64,000 nucleotides of DNA, from IMG/VR virus record IMGVR_UViG_3300020050_009955, positions 1 to 64,000 of that record; one strand, written 5' to 3'. The stretch comes from a virus (lineage: Duplodnaviria > Caudoviricetes). The notes below the pieces were generated by a model. The model saw only the letters and a list, made by a program, of their open reading frames with translations. It did no database searches and was not told the origin of the DNA. A program made the translations under genes and the position numbers. Shown here piece after piece: positions 58,310 through 64,000 of this stretch (position 1 is its first letter; each line of letters starts with the position of its first letter).

Positions 58310-58722
58310 TGGCATATAATTTAGCAAATGAGGAAGAATTCGAATCTTCTCAAGAAAAGAAATCAGAAAACACAATAGCATATGTTCTATCTTGTATGAT
58401 GGAGCTTAGAGATAATGCACATATAGCACATCTTCAATCTCGATCTTACGCAGAACATATAGCTTTAAGCGAATTATACGATGCTATACCTGGCTTATTA
58501 GACAGCTTAGCAGAATCTTGGCAAGGTAAATATGGAATCATATCTGGTTACCATGCACCTATGATTCAAGAGGGTATGAATTTTATCGACTACCTTAAAT
58601 CTAAGGTAGAAGAAGTAAATGAGTTTAGAAAAACTGTAAAAGATACTTACATTCAAAATCAACTAGATACTATAGTAGAAACATTCTCTGGTATCCTATA
58701 TAAATTACAATACTTAAAATAA
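58309..58722 (+). CDS. Ferritin/Dps-like four-helix protein (DUF5856-like)
   Basis: AH.AHLQ..SYAEH.AL.ELYD.....D..AE..QG.YG...N..D.I......YKL..L pattern. Confidence 0.75.
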   Translation: MAYNLANEEEFESSQEKKSENTIAYVLSCMMELRDNAHIAHLQSRSYAEHIALSELYDAIPGLLDSLAESWQGKYGIISGYHAPMIQEGMNFIDYLKSKVEEVNEFRKTVKDTYIQNQLDTIVETFSGILYKLQYLK

Positions 58723-58727
58723 ATTAA

Positions 58728-61700
58728 ATGAGTTGTCCCAATATTAATAGTCCAGAATGGAAAGATTTAGTCGAACTGGTTGGAGAACCTATGGCTTATA
58801 GAGTCTTTGCTGTAGATCCTGAATTAACTAGAGTTAATGAATTGCGCCAGAATTTTCTAGATGAAAAAAGAAAATTCTCATTTGCTATACGTAGGCCTAG
58901 AAATACATCTTCAAGGGCAAAATCAGAAATAAGTGAAACTTATGAGAAGGTTTTAAAAAGTATTGATAGAGCTAATAGTGTTGAAAGTAGAAGTAGTTCC
59001 TTCACTAAAGTTTTAAATTTAGGAGCTACTCTTGATTCTACAATAGATTATAAAGGATTAACCACACCTGATGGGGTTATTAATAAATTTAGACAAAAAG
59101 CACATATAGATTCAGTAGAGTACATAAGGAAGCAGGCAGAAGAATTATATAAAGATACAGTACCAGGAACTAAAATCTTACATGTTTTCTCTAAAGATCC
59201 TTTAACAAAAGAAGAGTATATAGAAAATAGAAAGAGATACAGTGAGTATGCTGCACATAGGGGGAAGGTTATGGAATTGATATTAACTATTCCTTTGATG
59301 ACACAAGGTGTGGAACAAGATAAAGCATTTGAAGAGTTAGATGATTTATATGATAAGATAAATGAGTATAAAGAGTTTTTAGAATCTATATTAGAAGAAA
59401 AAAAAGCTAAGATTAATGATACTTGGCATGGTTGGGCGTTAGAAGATAAGAGATTCCCTAAAAGAATATTCGATATTTTAGGTATAGATATTTTTTCAGA
59501 GGATTCTACAGTGCATTATACTTTCCAACCTACGATGAAATCAGATATCTTAGAGACTAAAGCGGTATTAGATATGCTTATAGAGCATGAGCCTCATAGG
59601 TATTCTATAATAGATTTTAAGGCTGGTTTTAAATTTGGACAAATGTCTAGTTCTATACCTTTAAAATATTATAGGCAGGCCACTGGAGATATTAGTGATA
59701 ACCCACAAGATATAGCGAAACTTCAAATAATGTGGGAAGCTATGTTAGTTAGGATAAATGATCCTAAAGCAACTTTTCAAAATCTAACAGCTATATGGAT
59801 AACAGAAGAAAACTCTTTATATAAATCTGGAATAAAGTTTCATGTTAATCCTAGAGATTACATAGGAATTATAGTGGAATATTTAAAAGCTGAACATCCT
59901 GAAAAATATGAAAAGCTTTTATTAATTGATCCAGAGTTATTTGATTTTAGGACATATACTGCTGAGAGTACTGAATCAAAAGAATTTAAAAAACGATTTC
60001 CTGATTCTGCAGAAGATAAGTTATTGAATGATGTTACTCAGGAGATAATATATCGGCAAAATTATATGGACTATAATACTGATGGAGAACGTAGAGGTGT
60101 AGATAATAAAATTAGAGATCTATATGACTTAATGTTAGATCACAATGCTGATAATGTGGCTAAGACTGGAATGGGTCTTAATAAGAATATGGATTTTAAG
60201 ACTATTCGAGATTTATCTTTAGGTGAATATTGGGTAGGTTCTTTCTATAATATTAAACATGCTGTGATATCAGCAACTTTAGAGGTTGTTCATAAACAAA
60301 TGCTTAAAGCTACTACTGATTACAATAAAGATAGTTTAATATTTAGGTCTATTATGAAAAACATTATAATAGACTATGCAAAGGATAGAGACGCGGGTTC
60401 GGTAGATCGTTTACAAAACTTATTAGCGGATCCATTTACCGAGTGGAGTCCTGCCTTAAGAAAAATTTTAGGTACATTCGATCAAAATATTTTAAATGGT
60501 TGGATATATGTTACAAAATTTGACAAAGAATCTAATGCAAATGAAATGTTATACGCAACTACTGAAGAAGAGTTATTAGAAAATGCAAAAGATCCTAAGT
60601 ATAAGTGGATTTTAGATTCTTCTGGTAAGGTAAAAAAACCATATATTCAAATGATGCAATTCTTAAATGAGAAATATGGTTCTGTTTTAGATGCTAAGAG
60701 AAAAGATTCTATGTGGAATACTAAATTATCATATAAGTTAGTACATGGAAAACCTGTAGACATTTCATTTGGAGATGAAATCAATTCTTCAGAATATAGA
60801 AAAAGATCTCCATTTAAATATAAAAAAGGGTTCTTTCCAAAAGTTGCCAAATTGAGAGAAGAGTTTCCTGTATTATCTTTTAGAAACTTTTTTAAAAAAT
60901 ATTTCACAAACTTCTATGAATTAGCTTTTATGGAGTATGGAAATAATGATGAATTAATTCCAATACAAGGATTAACATCTAAGTATAATAGTATTGAAGG
61001 AGAATTTTCTATGTCTTTAGAAAATCAATTTGAGACTTTTATGAAGAGTGCGTATGCGAAACAACATCTAACAAAAGCTTATGCTCTAATAGAGGCTATA
61101 AAAATTAAAAATTCAGATGTAAAAACTGGTAAGGTTTTATTACCTAGATTACAATCTTGGTTAACTGCTCAACAAGAAATGGCTTTACGTGGAAGACGTC
61201 CACAATTAACGAATACCTTTTCTAGATCCCTACCATTTTCATTCTCATTTGCCAGTAAAGATGATGATCAAATGATTAAAACTATGCAAACATTTGACTT
61301 AGGAAAGTTTCTACAATCCTTTGGACAGCTTACAGGTTATATGCGATTAGGGTTTAATTTACCAGGTGGTTTTAAAAATACAATGGGTATAATGATGTCT
61401 TCTTTCACAGAAGCTTCTAAGCAATCTTTAATGCAAAGATTCTATAATGATCCAAAAGCAACTAGATTTATTAATGACTTTACTACTATGGGTGCTGCAG
61501 AATTTGCTTTAGCTTTAAAACCTGCAATAGGTATCCAAATAGATGGAATGAAGGGAAATCTTAATAAAAATAAAGCATGGGTTTTAATGAATAAATTTGG
61601 ATATATTCCTTCAATCTCCCCATTAAGATCTGAAACTAAATATTTTACCTCTAAGCAGACTTCTTTATTAAGTACAGATACAGCTTTATTACCATATAGT

Positions 61701-62765
61701 ACTTCAGAAGAAGTCATGGTGGCTATGTATTTTATTGCACAAATGAATCATATAAAGATCAAACAAGGTCCTATGAAGGGTAAATCTATGTGGGATATGT
61801 ATGATGCTGTAGTTGAAAGAGATCCTATTACAGGAGTAGAATATACAGATTTTAAATATAAAACAGATCCTACAACTGGTAAGCCTTATGTTAGAGGGGT
61901 AATTACAGACTCTCACGGTAATATTCAAGAGATGACTGAATTAACAAATAAAGAAATAATGGCAATGCATGCTATCTATGAAGAAAAACAAGGAGGTTTT
62001 GCACAATTAGATAGGACTTTTATAGAGTCTTCTATTTTAGGGCAAATGTTTGTACAATTTAGAAGACACTTACAATCTATAATACGGCATGGTCTTCAAA
62101 GTTATGGAACTTCTTATATAAAAGGTAGATATCAAGATACTAAAAAATTAGATGCTAATGGTAATGTAATATATGAATTTACTCCAAAACAAATCGAAGG
62201 TAAGTGGATGACTATATTGGGAACTCTTCTATATTATATTCCTTTAATTAGTCAAGTATTTGGAAAGAATACCAAAATTGCTAAATGGACAGAAGGTACT
62301 TTTCCTAAAGGATTAGATTCATATGCATTAAATAAACTAGATCAAGGACAATTAGAAAACTTAATAGATGCAAGTATGAATATAATGCTATGGGCAGCTA
62401 TGAAAGCTTGTACGTTTTTAGCATTTGGAGGTACAGATAAAGATGACAGAGCTACTAGATTAGCTCAAAAAATTATTGATGAAACATTACAGCATTGGAA
62501 AGTTTGGAAAATTGTTCAAGATATTCAACAAACTCCAGCCACACTTAAAGTAATATCTTCTATGATAGAAGGTACGGCAACTTTAAGTGCTTCTGTATTA
62601 TTATATGGATTTAATGATATGGTGTTTGATATTGAAGAAAAGGAATATATGACTAGAGATAACGAACTAAGAGGTCTCACAGAATTTGAAAAAAATGTTC
62701 CAGTGTTCTCCTCCTTACGTACTACATACCTCACGGCATTAGATTTTATGGGAGATGAAGAATAA
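58728..62765 (+). CDS. Large ejected protein with PD-(D/E)xK-like nuclease domain
   Basis: MSCPN...EWK.LV start, RG..M, LDML...IIDFKAG (59607-59627)...LQI, helical C-terminus with QFRR and hydrophobic segments. Last large cargo gene. Confidence 0.7.
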   Translation: MSCPNINSPEWKDLVELVGEPMAYRVFAVDPELTRVNELRQNFLDEKRKFSFAIRRPRNTSSRAKSEISETYEKVLKSIDRANSVESRSSSFTKVLNLGATLDSTIDYKGLTTPDGVINKFRQKAHIDSVEYIRKQAEELYKDTVPGTKILHVFSKDPLTKEEYIENRKRYSEYAAHRGKVMELILTIPLMTQGVEQDKAFEELDDLYDKINEYKEFLESILEEKKAKINDTWHGWALEDKRFPKRIFDILGIDIFSEDSTVHYTFQPTMKSDILETKAVLDMLIEHEPHRYSIIDFKAGFKFGQMSSSIPLKYYRQATGDISDNPQDIAKLQIMWEAMLVRINDPKATFQNLTAIWITEENSLYKSGIKFHVNPRDYIGIIVEYLKAEHPEKYEKLLLIDPELFDFRTYTAESTESKEFKKRFPDSAEDKLLNDVTQEIIYRQNYMDYNTDGERRGVDNKIRDLYDLMLDHNADNVAKTGMGLNKNMDFKTIRDLSLGEYWVGSFYNIKHAVISATLEVVHKQMLKATTDYNKDSLIFRSIMKNIIIDYAKDRDAGSVDRLQNLLADPFTEWSPALRKILGTFDQNILNGWIYVTKFDKESNANEMLYATTEEELLENAKDPKYKWILDSSGKVKKPYIQMMQFLNEKYGSVLDAKRKDSMWNTKLSYKLVHGKPVDISFGDEINSSEYRKRSPFKYKKGFFPKVAKLREEFPVLSFRNFFKKYFTNFYELAFMEYGNNDELIPIQGLTSKYNSIEGEFSMSLENQFETFMKSAYAKQHLTKAYALIEAIKIKNSDVKTGKVLLPRLQSWLTAQQEMALRGRRPQLTNTFSRSLPFSFSFASKDDDQMIKTMQTFDLGKFLQSFGQLTGYMRLGFNLPGGFKNTMGIMMSSFTEASKQSLMQRFYNDPKATRFINDFTTMGAAEFALALKPAIGIQIDGMKGNLNKNKAWVLMNKFGYIPSISPLRSETKYFTSKQTSLLSTDTALLPYSTSEEVMVAMYFIAQMNHIKIKQGPMKGKSMWDMYDAVVERDPITGVEYTDFKYKTDPTTGKPYVRGVITDSHGNIQEMTELTNKEIMAMHAIYEEKQGGFAQLDRTFIESSILGQMFVQFRRHLQSIIRHGLQSYGTSYIKGRYQDTKKLDANGNVIYEFTPKQIEGKWMTILGTLLYYIPLISQVFGKNTKIAKWTEGTFPKGLDSYALNKLDQGQLENLIDASMNIMLWAAMKACTFLAFGGTDKDDRATRLAQKIIDETLQHWKVWKIVQDIQQTPATLKVISSMIEGTATLSASVLLYGFNDMVFDIEEKEYMTRDNELRGLTEFEKNVPVFSSLRTTYLTALDFMGDEE

Positions 62766-63039
62766 AGACTACTCCCTTAATCCAGATGAGTATAGTATGT
62801 ATATCTATAAAAAACCTAATTCAGAAGGATTAATGGTTTTATATACAGTATATACTCAAGAACAATGTATTATAGAACATGTGTCTAAAAAGCACGCATT
62901 GAAAATGTATAAATCTTTATTTGAAATAGAAAATCCTTGTATAATATTACCTGTTAAAGATATAATCTTAAAATTATTTCTGGATGCTCAAACTGTAGAA
63001 ACAATAAAGGATATAATAGAACGCTACTACAATCTGTAG
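62755..63039 (+). CDS. Hypothetical protein
   Basis: 94-aa ORF coupled to the upstream gene and ending just before the terminator. Confidence 0.5.
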   Translation: MKNKDYSLNPDEYSMYIYKKPNSEGLMVLYTVYTQEQCIIEHVSKKHALKMYKSLFEIENPCIILPVKDIILKLFLDAQTVETIKDIIERYYNL

Positions 63040-63040
63040 T

Positions 63041-63087
63041 AAAAAAAAGGCCCTACCAAGATTTCTCTCAGTAGGGCCTAATTATTT
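63041..63087. terminator. Bidirectional intrinsic terminator at the convergence of modules
   Basis: A8 tract, stem AGGCCCTAC (63048-63056) with GTAGGGCCT (63071-63079), then an AT-rich tract. Lies between convergent genes. Confidence 0.8.
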
Positions 63088-63098
63088 AATCACCAAAC

Positions 63099-63557
63099 TT
63101 ATTTCACAACAGCTTCCTGGCGTTTCTTAACGCCATATTTTTTTACATACCAAGAATAAAATAAGTTAACTGCCAAATCAGCTTCGGGATCTTCACTAAC
63201 TTTTGTTTTAACGATCTCTAAATGCTTTTCAGACGGTTTGAATTTAAACTCATTATTATTAACGAGTTTTTTACTCTTATATGTTTTACGTACTTCGTAC
63301 AAAAAGTCTTCAAGAGGGCCTTCCAATTTAGCAGGAGCTACAATCTTCTTCTCTTCGACAGTCTTGTTTAATCTCCTTTTTACTAAATCTTGATACTCCT
63401 CTATAGTTATCTTTAGAATATCTAAAGCTTCACGCCTGCTTACTGCAGGCTTTTGTATTTCTTGTATTTTTGTTTCAACAGGTGTTGGTTTAACATCCTG
63501 AACTAGAAATTGAGCCAGCTTCTGGCGCAAGTTCAGTGTCTGATTTAGGATACCCAT
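63099..63557 (-). CDS. Hypothetical basic protein
   Basis: 152-aa ORF, last gene of the - strand module. Confidence 0.65.
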   Translation of the reverse strand: MGILNQTLNLRQKLAQFLVQDVKPTPVETKIQEIQKPAVSRREALDILKITIEEYQDLVKRRLNKTVEEKKIVAPAKLEGPLEDFLYEVRKTYKSKKLVNNNEFKFKPSEKHLEIVKTKVSEDPEADLAVNLFYSWYVKKYGVKKRQEAVVK

Positions 63558-63999
63558 AAATTTCGTTCTCTTTTTCGGGTCTGCTCCAGACCTCCATATC
63601 TTCGGTAAATTCTACTCCAATTCTTTCCTCCCAATACTTACGTAAATCAGGATGTTTGACTAGAACTTTGTAGTTATTGGAAAAATCAGGTTTTCCATTA
63701 GCCCCTATAGCAACTTCATTAAAGTTTTTTCGTGTATAATCCCTACATATTTTGGAATATTTACCTTCTAAAAAAGGCGCAACTATTTTTCTATAATTAT
63801 CTTCTGTAATATGAAATTCTAATAATAAATCAGAATCAAGTAATTCCGCTGAAATATATTCTGGGCGTTTTATTAACTCTGTTCTAAATGCAGGGCTTAT
63901 TTGATTTAAATTAAATAAAAGATAAATAGACTCTCCCCACTTATCTTTAGTTTTATGATAAGCCCCTAAATAAGAATCTTTAAATCCTTCTTTTAGAAG
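63490..63999 (-). CDS. 5'-truncated conserved crAss-like protein
   Basis: Manually translated open frame: IYLLFN...FLEGKYSKI...KHPDLRKYWEERIG...EVWSRP, with TAA at 63490-63492. Not in the ORF track. Confidence 0.7.
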   Translation of the reverse strand, partial: LLKEGFKDSYLGAYHKTKDKWGESIYLLFNLNQISPAFRTELIKRPEYISAELLDSDLLLEFHITEDNYRKIVAPFLEGKYSKICRDYTRKNFNEVAIGANGKPDFSNNYKVLVKHPDLRKYWEERIGVEFTEDMEVWSRPEKENEIYGYPKSDTELAPEAGSISSSGC

Positions 64000-64000
64000 A

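Noticed and set aside
3494-62734. Numerous short - strand ORFs and alternate-frame + ORFs inside long genes (for example 3494-3880, 16967-17668, 46330-46680, 52474-52863, 8683-9078)
   Set aside because: They are shadows of well-supported + strand genes, with antisense-typical Ser/Leu/Ile/Phe composition and no motifs.
1-64000. Stop-codon reassignment as in some crAss-like phages
   Set aside because: All conserved genes, including the 19-kb ORF, are intact in the standard code.

Overview
64 kb of an AT-rich dsDNA phage genome. Gene content and order identify it as a crAss-like phage (Crassvirales-type podovirus), most likely infecting Bacteroidota. Positions 1-63039 are one + strand late/structural module: small DNA-binding genes, GroES, a CHAP/NlpC-type hydrolase, GroEL, terminase large subunit, portal, scaffold, major capsid protein (MCP), ring/auxiliary proteins, fibre and lysis genes, Cys-rich adhesin-like genes, tail ring and muzzle proteins, and ejected cargo proteins including a 6320-aa virion RNA polymerase polyprotein. 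It converges at a terminator (about 63041-63085) on the end of a - strand module. Main observations: (1) a group I intron with an HNH gene at the 3' end of the MCP gene, whose first 27 nt encode a substitute MCP C-terminus, so spliced and unspliced mRNAs both give full-length capsid protein with different tails; (2) a decayed GIY-YIG insertion that similarly duplicated the N-terminus of its host gene; (3) a giant vRNAP carrying helicase, zincin, L,D-transpeptidase and a possible TonB-box/colicin-M-like terminal module, with recurring AxGG-type motifs separating cargo modules; (4) host-like SprB/Ig adhesin repeats split across adjacent genes; (5) a complete phage GroES/GroEL pair. No tRNA, rRNA, CRISPR array, integrase or reverse transcriptase was recognised. 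All family calls come from reading motifs and synteny by eye, not from database searches.
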